42,251 nucleotides of DNA from Macrostomum lignano (Eukaryota). The number at the start of each line of letters is the position of its first letter. Positions within the stretch are counted from its first letter, which is position 1. Location of the stretch: contig NIVC01002535.1 of assembly GCA_002269645.1 (NCBI GenBank), positions 1-42,251 of the forward strand, read 5' to 3'. Below are positions 1-11,030 of this stretch, in pieces. The position numbers and the translations under genes were made by a program. Below the pieces are notes generated by a model that was not told where the DNA came from, did not search any database, and saw nothing but the letters and a program-made list of their open reading frames with translations.

Positions 1-554
1 AATCCCCTTTGCTTCTAGAAGTCTTCGATCCCAGACTCAACTATGCACCACCATTTCTGCACTAGCTACACTACAATCGATTCCTTTTAGCCACGCAAAG
101 CAGTTTGTCCCATTGTTGCTTCTGTTCAGGAAAAAAGCCTATGCAGGGACGCCTAAAGTCAGAAACCTGGAAATGTTTTTTCTCTAAAAAGTGTCTAAAA
201 ATTGAAGTCACAGCTGCGATCTTTCCTCTTCAACTAATCAGCCTTGAGCCGATGTTTAAGTAACATTATTCTAGCTAAAGCACTTCAAAAAATGAAAGAT
301 TAGTTAAAGAAATTGTTAATGATATAGGAGAGATAGGAAGAAGTAAAATGAGGTAGGAAATGAAAGTGGATGGATGGGAGAACATACGAGTACAATATGC
401 TTCACTTAGCTATAATACTCATTTAATCAGCGTCATGGTTTTTGTGCAAGACAAAGCCGTTTTTGATAAGAATTCCGAATGCAGTTTTCCATCTTTCAAC
501 TATTATAACTTAAACTAGACTATTGCTTATTTAGTTTAACATTATGTTGTGTCT

Positions 555-1005
555 AATGAGCTGAGAGGCAACCAAGCCCCAATGAGCTGGGAGAGAGAGG
601 CAACCAAGCCCCAATGAGCTGGGAGAGAGAGGCAACCAAGCCCCAATGAGCTGGGAGAGAGAGAGGCAACCAAGCCCCAATGAGCTGGGAGAGAGAGGCA
701 ACCAAGCCCAATGAGCTGGGAGAGAGAGGCAACCAAGCCCCAATGAGCTGGGAGAGAGAGGCAACCAAGCCTCAATGAGCTGGGAGAGAGAGAGGCAACC
801 AAGCCCCAATGAGCTGGGAGAGAGAGAGAGCAACCAAGCCCCAATGAGCTGGGAGAGAGAGAGAGGCAACCAAGCCCCAATGAGCTGGGAGAGAGAGAGA
901 GGCAACCAAGCCCCAATGAGCTGGGAGAGAGAGAGAGGCAACCAAGCCCCAATGAGCTGGGAGAGAGAGAGAGAGGCAACCAAGCCCCAATGAGCTGGAG
1001 AGAGG
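555..1005. repeat. Minisatellite: constant GGCAACCAAGCCCCAATGAGCTGG core plus variable (GA)n tract, about 12 units
   Basis: Read directly; lies downstream of the NOL12 stop codon. Confidence 0.95.
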
Positions 1006-1332
1006 CAACAAAGTCTCGAAAGTCAGATGAAAATAATTTACTAATATCATTAGTTTACATAATCTCTTTGTCGAAAATTACAAATATACTCACGTATTTT
1101 ATTACTAAAATTGTTTCATGAATAAGATCATTCAGCTCATTTAACTCGAAAACTTTTTATCACTGACAACGGAGCAGACGCGCAATGATCTCGCGTTCAG
1201 TTTTGCTTTATATTTTGGCTTAAAAATATACAGGTAACAATGCTACAAACTTCAATGACAGCAGGTAAGAAAATGCTTGAGAGAACAAAACCTCGATAAA
1301 GGCAGATATTACTAAAAGTAAAATTACATCGC

Positions 1333-2815
1333 TTATCTCTTAGACCTTTTCTTGCCTTTAGTCTTCTTCTTGGATTTTCTTTGAAACTTTCGCTTGTTTG
1401 GCTTCATCTTCAATTCGTCTTTCAACTTCTTGTTGAAGCTCTTCTTTGATCTGCGGACCGGAGACGCGAGAGCAATGATCAGTTTCTCGCACTGCCTACT
1501 GGAAAGTAGCATGTTAGGGAAAATTTAAAATGGTATGCATTGACAAGCTCACATTGCTGGTAGTGGCTGAGAAGGACCTGACTGTTGTGCCGGCTAAAAT
1601 AGAAAACAAAATATATACTGGCAATAATTAAATGACTTTTCATGCTACTTACCAGATGTGTATACTACTAACCGTATAATAAACTTCTTTTTAAGTTTCA
1701 CATGAGAATTCTCCAGTGAGTTGGAGGGCGATTCTTTAGGGGTTGGAGGGCGATTCTTTAAAAATGGGAGGGCGATTCTTTAGGGGTTGGAGGGTGGTTC
1801 TTTAAAAATTGAGGGCGATTTTTTAGTGGGTTGGAGGGCGATTCTTTAAAAATGGAGGGCGATTCTTTAGGGGTTGGAGGGCGATTCTTTAAAAATTGGA
1901 GGGCGATTTTTTAGTGGGTTGGAGGGCGATTCTTTAAAAATGGGAGGGCGATTTTTTAGTGGGTTGGAGGGCGATTCTTTAAAAATGGGAGGCGATTTTT
2001 TAGTGGGTTGGAGGGCGATTCTTTAAAAATGGGAGGGCGATTCTTTAGGGGTTGGAGGGCGATTCTTTAAAAATGGGAGGGCGATTCTTTAAAAATGGGA
2101 GGGCGATTCTTTAAAAATGGAAGGGCGATTTTTTAGTGGGTTCGAGGCGATTTTCAAGTGGGCTGGAGGGCGATACTTTAGTGTGTTGGAGGGCGATTCT
2201 TCAGTGTGTTGGAGGGCGATTTTTAGTGAGTTGGAGGGCGATTCTTTAGTGAGTTGGAGGGCGATTCTTATAGTGGGTTGGAGGGCGATTCTTAAGTGGG
2301 TTGGAGGGCGATTCTTTAGTGAGTTGGAGGCGATTCTTTAGTGGGTTGGAGGGCGATTCTTTAGTGGTTGGAGGCGATTCTTAAGGGGTTGGAGGCAAAT
2401 TCTGATTGGGTCAGATTTTCAAATTTAAAAAACTACTTTTAAAGAGTTAATTTGCTATAAATAGCATTAAAAAAGAACAGCACAGCAAGCTCACAGCAGC
2501 GGTAGGCTGCAGGTCCAGCTCAGTAACCGTGACAGTGTGCTCAGGCAGCTCCTCAGTCACTGGCTGGCACTCAATCATCTGCATATCCGGTGCCAGAACT
2601 CCCGCCCGCTGCAGCACCAGCGCCTCGTGCCGCTCCTTCAGCAACCGTTTCTCCTCTTTTAACTCGTCCGCCGCCTTGCGCAGGGCCAGCTTGCGCCGTT
2701 CCACTTTGCGCTTGTGAAATCCGGTCAGGTATTCAGCTCGTTTAGCCTCGTCGAATAGAATGACGCGCTTGGCGGTTGGCTTTTTGTTTTTCTGCTTTGA
2801 TGGAGGTCGCGTCAT
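1333..2815 (-). CDS. NOL12: Nucleolar protein 12 / Rrp17-like; exons 2815-2495, 1593-1553, 1498-1333 (~175 aa; possible extra 12-nt exon 1664-1653)
   Basis: ORF contains the family motif ILFDEAKRAEYLTGFHKRKVERRK and HTVTVTELDL. GTGAGC donors and TTTTAG/TTCCAG acceptors keep frame into a K/R-rich C-terminus. The 3' exons are less certain than exon 1. Confidence 0.85.
1722..2396. repeat. GGAGGGCGATTCTTTA-core minisatellite (~21-23-nt units) in NOL12 intron 1
   Basis: Read directly. Confidence 0.95.
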
Positions 2816-3912
2816 GACTTCAAGCTGCAGTGCATTTTAGTGTCACTATGAGAACTTTTATGAGCATTGTCTATAATTAAACATAGATGTCAGATGAGAT
2901 CAAAGATTTTAGGATTGGAAGTACATTTTACAGCTATTATAATTGCCTCTGGTACACCCATTAAATCACACTACTTTTATCCTATTTTACCAATTCCAGA
3001 CTGTCTCAGACTCAAAAAAGAAAACATTTTGGACTTTGTAAGATCTTGAAATTGAAGACATTAAGAATCTTGTTAGATCACTTTATTTGGTCTTCTCGGG
3101 TCCCCTTTTTGCTAAAAAATTAAGGCTAAAAAGCAAATTATGGCATTTGAATAATAAAGGTAAAGGACAAAGAACATTTATAACTAGGAGAATATCTATG
3201 TCCTTATATAAAATATGCTTAGCAAATTTTAAAAAGGCTGAAGATCAGAAAAAGCTGAATCTTTTCTCATTAACTTTCTTCATATTTTTTTCTAATTCAC
3301 AAATAATTCTGCATGATTCTATAAGTGCATGCCAGGTATGCACATACACTATTTTCTTAGGAGTGATGCATGCCAACTGTGCACGTCTACTTTTGGCGTA
3401 CGAGGCCAATGCACACCCAAATTTTGGGCATATACTATATGATCCAGAGTGTGGCTTGTGGTCACCTTGTTTTATCACCAAAGTAAAAGCTTAAATGAAA
3501 CTGAAAGGCTAAGGCTAGGTCTAGTCTAGGCCTGGGCTTTTCTTGCAATACTACAAGTATTAACTTTTATAGGCCTAAGCAGATAAATAATAGACCTAGG
3601 CTTAGCCTAATAGGCTAATACTAGGCCTAATTAATACTAATGGGCCTAAGACTAGGAAAATATTGTAGGCCTTTTAAGTTTTAAAATTTAATAGGCCTAG
3701 GCCTATACAATGAGATAGGCCCTATGTTGCTGTTAGGGGGGGAGGGGCTAGTTAGGCTACAAAAGTAGGCTTAGACCTAGGCCCTATCATTAAAAAATAA
3801 AAAAATGCTTATCTAAACATGAAATTAAAGATTAACAATAAAGGCCTAGGCCTATTCAATAATAAATAGATAGGCTTTACAAAAGAAAAATGGACATTAT
3901 CAATAGGGTCAC

Positions 3913-4020
3913 CAATCACTTCGGCAACAGGTCACTTCGGCAATAGTCACTTTGGCGGCGACAAGTCACTTCAGCGACAGTCACTTTGGTGACACATTTA
4001 GATTACTTTGGCAACAGACA
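3913..4020. repeat. Short degenerate repeat (GTCACTTYRGYRAC, about 6 units of ~17 nt)
   Basis: Read directly; could be the subterminal repeats of a decayed DNA element, but no partner end was seen. Confidence 0.6.
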
Positions 4021-4244
4021 TATATTGCATAAGCAGTAAACCTGGTACGCCTAAAATAAAAAAGAAAGCAATGAAAAACAAATGCAAGAATAACAAATTT
4101 ATAGCACCAAGTTTTTTACGCATTATAATAGAAAGCATTGCAATTATTTTGTTCTAAAAAAATACTGGTATACTGAATACATTACACACTTGTACATGTA
4201 CAATGTTTAGATGTTTTGTTCATTTCAAGAACATTTTCATTTCT

Positions 4245-4340
4245 CCGTTTCTCTTCTCTCTTAATCTCTATCTGTTCCCTTTTTCTCTATATATCTCTCT
4301 CTTTCTCTCTCTCTCCTCTCTCTCTCTTTCTCTTTCCCTC
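4245..4340. repeat. Degenerate (CT)n microsatellite
   Basis: Read directly. Confidence 0.85.
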
Positions 4341-6510
4341 TAATCTCACACTCTGTCTCTTAGAGGATTATCATTTTTATTGATATTTAGCTAGTTTCTC
4401 ACTGTCACACTGTCCCACATTCTGCAAATCTTAATATGGTTATTGGCACATCATCTTTGCTACGCGAGAAATGCTGTCTCTCCTTGCCCAGGCCAAAGGT
4501 CTTGGTGTGTAGCAGTCTTAGTCATGTCATGTGCCACTTAGCCTATGCTCAAAATAGAACACTTTTTGGATTTAGTATTCAATTTTCTATAAAGTGAATA
4601 TAAACATAAATCAGACATAAATCAGTAAAATATATATAGGCCTAGTTGAACAAAATATGCTCCTTTGGTAATACTAAACTACCTAGGCCTATTATATTAG
4701 ATAATTTAGATTTCAGAATCATCAGCTCAACAAAATCTTTTAACTGAATGCACAAAAAAGGTCGAAAAAACTAAGACAAACGCCGCAAACCTAGACTAGA
4801 GCTCATTTATAGCCTAATAGGCCTAATCACAACGTGGGTGTGTTAATTTGATAGGCTTTGTTTCATTTACTTAGCCCAGTGATTTATAATTATTTAAGGC
4901 ATAGTCAAGACACGACCAAATTCTTATTAGGTTATAATACCACATAAGCCACGTGTTTTTTTTCTAATCAGCCGCTAAAGGCGCGATTGCTATTTCTTTT
5001 CTAAGCGTAAATAGCTTGATTGCAAAATTGCCACGGCCAGAAAGATCACTTCACGCACGCGCGCGCTATAGGCTGCGTGGATGGGGGGTAACGATATCTA
5101 AGAAAGTATACGCTAAAAGGAAGAAATAGAAAAATTACGTTTTCATATGTTTAACTCTTTCTTTTTGATATTCATAGAATTAGTTAAAGAAATCAATTAA
5201 ATTATTAGAAATCAATTAATTTATCTAAGTTCTAAGAAAGTAATTGTTTGATTTATTCTTTTGCATTAGTGGATTGAATTTAATTTGTATATTTTCTGAG
5301 AATAGAGAAAACTCCATAAATCAGAGACATAAATCACATCACGATCTCACTAGTGATTCACTGAGGTTGAAACTATATTTTTATAGTCGAGGTAGCCAGG
5401 TAGATTAGTTATTTTGTAGTGTGTCTATGTCTAGACTAGACTCCAATGCTGTATCTAGTAGCTCAGTAGCTGTTGAGTCAAGAAATTCCTTTTGAAGTTT
5501 TTCCAGTTTTTTAAAGTATGGGCCTGGCTTCCTGGCTAGCTATGTGCCTGCTTGCACTGTGAGTGGGAGTAGACTGTAGAGTATAGGCTCATAGAGCCAT
5601 ACACTATGACTTATTCTAAGGCTAGGCCTATATTATAGTAGGCCAATGTTATAGGCTCAGGCCTTTTAATATATCAAAATATAAGTTTAACTATTTTTTT
5701 TGTTTCAAGTAATAGTAGGCCTAAAATGTATGCACCATGCTCTATTTTAATTTATTAACTAATCTTAAACTTATAGTCTTTAAATTACACGATCACTAAG
5801 GCCTTCACTAATATAATATTAGGCATATATAATATACTAATATATGTAGGCCTATTACCTATATAGTAGATAATTTTTTGAGACAGGTATTTTAAAGATA
5901 TAAATCTATATAATATAGGCATACATATAATGATATATAGCTACCTAGTTACTGATATTTCATAATGTATATTTAGCTTTAATAAGGGAAAACACCTTAC
6001 CTATAATTATTAATATAATTAAACAAGAATAACAAAATATGCCATTGGAGGATTAAGGTTATAAAATAACTATACTAGGTAATGTTTGAATAAGATCCCA
6101 ATATTATTTGATCCCAAAGCTCCATCTCGATAATTATAATTAAAGGTTATAATATTGCCCAAAATGAAAAAGAATGAATCCCATCCTATTACTAAGAAAA
6201 TGCAATATAGCTGAGCATTTAATATATTTAGATCTTAGCACCAACTGATATACTCATAATTCATACCATTACTTGTAAATTTTTCAACTGTAGGTAATGC
6301 AATTTGAATCACAAGGCCCCATGCCAGCTTAGGCTGGTGAAGAGAGAGTAAAGAGTTATATCTAGAGTTGAATTAACACTGTCACTTGTTAGCCACTGGT
6401 TTTAGCGTGGAAACTTCAACATGTTACTGAGTATGCTTGTTTCCATTGCCTAAATGTCCAGGTCCTAAGTATTTTAAGGGCAGATATTTGTCAATGATTT
6501 CAGACCAGCC

Positions 6511-9500
6511 ATGCATGGCAGACCCCGAGTTCGCACAACAGAAGAGCAACGAGCCGCTAAGGCTAAAGAGCGTGCAGCCAAAGTGATTGAATATCGAGCA
6601 GCTATGGATGATGCAATGCGGCTGAGACAGTTGTGCCAAGATTCTCTGGCCGGCTTAGAAGCAGATGAAAGGCGCAAAAATCGGGAACAACTTCTGCGAG
6701 TGACACAGGCTCTACTTCAGGTATTCAATTTTCTTATCCAGCTGTATTGAAGTTAAATGTGAGCTAGTAGAAATTCACTTTGTCATCTTGTGATTCTCGC
6801 TACTGAGGTGAGATTTACCTATCCTAATCCTCACTCCCGATTGGGTGAGATTCTCATAGATAGATGTGTTTCTCACATATCACTTTTTCGTCGTTTTTCG
6901 AAGATCTCTCAACAACTAAGTGCGGTTGTCCTAACTCTCACTTAAAAGAGATGGGAGTTGCTCCATTCAGAGCGAGAATCTTGTTTTTTTGAAAGGGTGA
7001 TTCTTGTAGATCTCACTCAACTAACTGTGAGATTCTTGTAGATCTTACTCAAGTTACTCAACTAACTGTGAGATTCTTGTAGATCTTACTCAAGTTACTC
7101 AACTAACTGTGAGATTCTTGTAGATCTTACTCAAGTTACTCAACTAACTGTGAGATTCTTGTAGATCTTACTCAAGTTACTCAACTAACTGTGAGATTCT
7201 TGTAGATTGCACTCAGGGGGCCGTAGCCCAGCGGTAGCGCAGCTGCTCTGGTGTGCCAGCGACCCAGGCTCGATTCCAAGTGCAGTCACATTAATTTGGG
7301 GCTGAATTGGAATCTCGGCTTGGCTCTGCTCGTGCAATTAACGGCCTTGAGGGCCAACCCCCCAAGGCGCAGTGAAGTGTACATGCCTAACGATAAAATA
7401 AAGTTAGGGCCGCTGTACAATCCTGTGTGAGTGTGTGCCTGCGTACGTATCCGCGCGCTTGTATGCCTGCTCAGGGGAGTCGGCGGAATGGGCAGTAATG
7501 CCTCTCGCCGGTTGTGTGACAATGTCGCTTAAAGTGCGCCAGGGTGCACACAACCCCCCTGCCTCTAATAAAAAAAAATGTAGATCGCACTCAAGTTACT
7601 CAACTATCTGTGAGATTATTGTAGATCTTACTCAACCAACTGTGATTTTCTTGTATATCTCACTCAATTAACTGTGAGATTCCTCTAACTCTATAAATCT
7701 CGCTTCAAAGAGATCAGATTATCCTAACTCTCGATCTCATTCCAAATTGATTTGCTGCTCCAAGATTTGCCGCCTACATGTAAACTCGTGCCTCCCTACG
7801 TATTTACTGTCAGGCCAACCCGGACATTGGCACCCTGTGGGCGGCCAGACGGGAGACACTGCAGCAGATAGAACAACAGCAACAACAGCAGCAGCAAGAA
7901 CAACAGCAGCAGCAAGAACAACAGAAGCAGCAAGAACAACAGAAGCAGCAAGAACAACAGCAGCAGCAAGAACAACAGCAGCAGCAAGAACAACAGAAGC
8001 AGCAAGAACAACAGAAGCAGCAAGAACAACAGAAGCAGCAACAGCAGCAGCAATCAGACGAAGCAATTGTTGCCCAATTAAGCAACGAGCTGCAATTAAC
8101 CGCCGCCTGTCTGATGCAGAATCCCAAATCCTACGGTGCCTGGCATCACCGAGCCTGGACGCTGGACCGTCTGGGAGTCAGCCGGGCCGACTTAGCAGGG
8201 GAGCTGCGACTCACTAGGCAGTTTCTGCAGCGAGACGAGCGCAATTTCCACTGCTGGGATCACAGGCGTCACGTGTGTCGCCTTGGCGGCGTGCCGGCTA
8301 GCGAAGAGCTGGCGTTCTCGGATAAACTGCTGACAGCCAATATGGGCAACTTCAGCGCCTGGCATTATCGATCCAGGCTGCTGCTGGCCCAGACTGATGG
8401 AGGACTGACTGCCCAGACCAGAAAGCAAGGAGGGGCCTGTTTAGACGCAGAAATTGAAGCAATTTGAAGAGTTCTATGTAGCACCTGACTCGCTGTTGAC
8501 CCACTAATGACTAATCTAATAGTGGCTGCTGTTGACCCACCAATCTAATAGTGGCTGCTGTTGACCCACCAATCTAATAGTGGCTGCTGTTGACCCACCA
8601 ATCTAATAGTGGCTGCTGTTGACCCACCAATCTAATAGTGGCTGCTGTTGACCCACCAATCTAATAGTGGCTGCTGTTGACCCACCAATCTAATAGTGGC
8701 TGCTGTTGACCCACCAATCTAATAGGGGCTGCTGCTGACCCACCAATCTAATAGGGGCTGCTGTTGACCCACCAATCTAATAGTGGCTGCTGTTGACCCA
8801 CCAATCTAATAGTGGCTGCTGTTGACCCACCAATCTAATAGTGGCTGCTGTTGACCCACCAATCTAATAGTGGCTGCTGCTGACCCACCAATCTAATAGT
8901 GGCTGCTGTTGACCCACCAATCTAATAGTGGCTGCTGTTGACCCACCAATCTAATAGTGGCTGCTGTTGACCCACCAATCTAATAGGGGCTGCTGTTGAC
9001 CCACCAATCTAATAGTGGCTGCTGTTGACCCACCAATCTAATAGTGGCTGCTGTTGACCCACCAATCTAATAGTGGCTGCTGTTGACCCACCAATCTAAT
9101 AGTGGCTGCTGTTGACCCACCTATCTAATAGTGGCTGCTGTTGACCCACCAATCTAATAGTGGCTGCTGTTGACCCACCAATCTAACAGTGGCTGCTGTT
9201 GACCCACCAATCTAATAGTGGCTGCTGTTGACCCACCAATCTAATAGTGGCTGCTGTTGACCCACCAATCTAATAGTGGCTGCTGTTGACTTGACCCACC
9301 AATCTAATAGTGGCTGCTGTTGACCCACCAATCTAATAGGGGCTGCTGTTGACTTGACCCACCAATCTAATAGGGGCTGCTGTTGACCCGTATGTATCTG
9401 ATGGGTAGGTCATGTTGACTTAGATGTATCTGACAAGGTCCTACTAGAACTGTTTCCACCCCTAGCAACTAAACCCGCTGATTCGCTATATCCGTGCACA

Positions 9501-10547
9501 CCCGACAGGCGCGAGCTGGACACGGCTCTCTCGGCGATGTTCAGCGACCCGGCGGACACGGCGCCCTGGGCCTACTACCGCTGGCTGATGTCGCCGCCTA
9601 GCGAGCCCCAGCGGCTTCTGTGGCTGCGCTATTTATCGAGAAACGGCAATACAGACGGGGACAATGACGAAAATGTTTCCAGCTGCGTTCTGATGTGTCT
9701 CAGCCGGCCAGTTACTAAGGCCTGGCTAGCTAAGCTGCTCGACATTCGACTGTTACCAGCTGGCAATAATGGCGACGGTTGCAGACTTGAGGCCGAGGAT
9801 CCGGTGCCTGTGGTCGCCGTGTCCGGCTGCGGCTCCGCCAATCCGGCTGCTCATCTCTGGCGCTTGCCGATCAAGGCCGCTGACGGCGTCGACGTTATTC
9901 GCGTCTCAGTCGGCGCCGATTCGACGCTGATGAGTTCGACTGTGTCGACCGCGGCGCCTGGCAGACTTCGATTGCTGCCGTCGCCGACGCAGCCGTCGGC
10001 AGTCGACGAAGCGCTTCGATCCGAGCAGCTCAATTTGATTCGTCAGCTCAACGAGTTGGCCGGCGACTCTCGACAGGGTCTGCTGACCGAGGCCGCCCTG
10101 CTGCCGACGCCGGCCGAGGCTTTGCCGCTGCTGGATCGGCTGGCGCAGCTGGACCCCACCCGCTCGGGGGCCTACGGTCACGCCCGCAGCCGCCTCGCTG
10201 TCCGAGCTCGCCTACAGGAGGCCAAGTCCGAGCCAGAGACGCTGAGTCTGGCCGGTCTGGGCCTCACAGCTCTGCCACTGATGCACGAGTTTGCTTTCGT
10301 GTCCGAGCTGGACCTGTCCGACAACCGCCTGACCCGCCTGCCCGGCCAGGCGGCCGGCCTGCAGCTCTTGCAAACTCTCGACGCCCGCCGGAATCGGCTG
10401 GCCGACGCAGACGCCTGCCGACCTCTGGTCGCGTGTCGGCGTCTTCGCGTTTTGCGCCTGACCGGCAATCCTCTGGCCGAGGAGACCGCCGCATTGGCTG
10501 AACTGTCCGGCCAGCTGTCCGAACGTGTCCGGATTGAGTTGGATTAG
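6511..10547 (+). CDS. RABGGTA: Rab geranylgeranyltransferase (GGTase-II) alpha subunit; exons 6511-6720, 7814-8424, 9509-10547
   Basis: N-terminus MHGRPRVRTTEEQ; prenyltransferase-alpha repeats (ANPDIGTLW, NPKSYGAWHHR, DERNFHCWDHRR, NFSAWHYRS, FSDPADTAPWAYYRW); C-terminal LRRs (LDLSDNRLTRLP, LDARRNRL, LRLTGNPL), matching the metazoan domain order. The exon 2/3 junction is inferred. Confidence 0.93.
7013..7200. repeat. 41-bp tandem repeat ACTAACTGTGAGATTCTTGTAGATCTTACTCAAGTTACTCA in RABGGTA intron 1, resuming after the SINE to ~7640
   Basis: Period of 41 read directly (7021, 7062, 7103, 7144, 7185). Confidence 0.92.
7216..7578 (+). mobile_element. tRNA-derived SINE, 363 bp
   Basis: tRNA-like head with A-box TAGCCCAGCGG and B-box-like GGCTCGATTCC; 3' AATAAAAAAAAA tail; flanked by 15-bp TSD TGTAGATTGCACTCA / TGTAGATCGCACTCA (1 mismatch); interrupts the 41-bp array. 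Confidence 0.88.
7862..8053 (+). repeat. Coding minisatellite: eight 18-nt units giving (QEQQ[Q/K]Q)8 inside a 64-codon Q-rich tract of RABGGTA exon 2
   Basis: In frame between conserved TLWAARRETL and ELQLTAACLMQNPKSY. Confidence 0.9.
8495..9388. repeat. 29-bp minisatellite GCTGCTGTTGACCCACCAATCTAATAGTG (~31 units) in RABGGTA intron 2
   Basis: Read directly. Confidence 0.97.
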
Positions 10548-10687
10548 GGTGCAACTGTGGCAATTGGCGCATGCTATAAGTCGCTATTGGGCGAAACAAT
10601 TGTCACGTGACAGAATCTTTTCTAAAGGAGTGTCTCCCTTTCTTAGTTCCAAGTGTTTCTCGGCGAATTGCTCTCTCTAACTTTAGT

Positions 10688-11030
10688 CGTAGCCCTAGCC
10701 CTAGCCGTAACCATAGTCCTAGCTGGAACCCTAGCCGTAATCACAGGCCTAACCGTAGCCCTAGCCGTAACCCTAGCCCTAGCCGTATCCATAGCATTAT
10801 CCCTAGCCGTAACCATAGCCGTAGCCCTAGCCGTAACACTAGCCCTAGCCGTAACCCTAGCCCTAGCCGTATCCCTAGCCCTAGCCGTATCCATAGCATT
10901 ATCCCTAGTCGTAGCCCTAGCCGTAACCATAGCCGTAGCCCTAGCCGTAACCCTAGCCGTAGCCCTAGCTGTAACCATAGCCGTAGCCCTAGCCGTAACC
11001 GTAGCCGTAACCCAATCCCTAACCTTGAGT
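10688..11030. repeat. Hexamer-based repeat (CCCTAG/CCGTAA/CCATAG) just 3' of RABGGTA
   Basis: Read directly. Confidence 0.92.

Noticed and set aside
531-1050. Repeat-spacer-like array and overlapping ORFs, as a possible CRISPR
   Set aside because: The 'spacers' are only (GA)n runs, there are no cas genes and the context is eukaryotic; the ORFs are repeat translations
3087-3494. 135-aa and 78-aa ORFs in AT-rich intergenic DNA
   Set aside because: No recognisable motif or splice support, and composition unlike the GC-rich exons; treated as chance ORFs
7216-7290. Possible functional tRNA gene
   Set aside because: Acceptor stem and T-arm do not close properly; it is followed by a ~290-nt body, A-tail and TSD, so it is a SINE head
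7737-8217. Poly-L, poly-C, TAAART and VVLAAS ORFs
   Set aside because: Alternative frames and antisense of the RABGGTA Q-rich repeat
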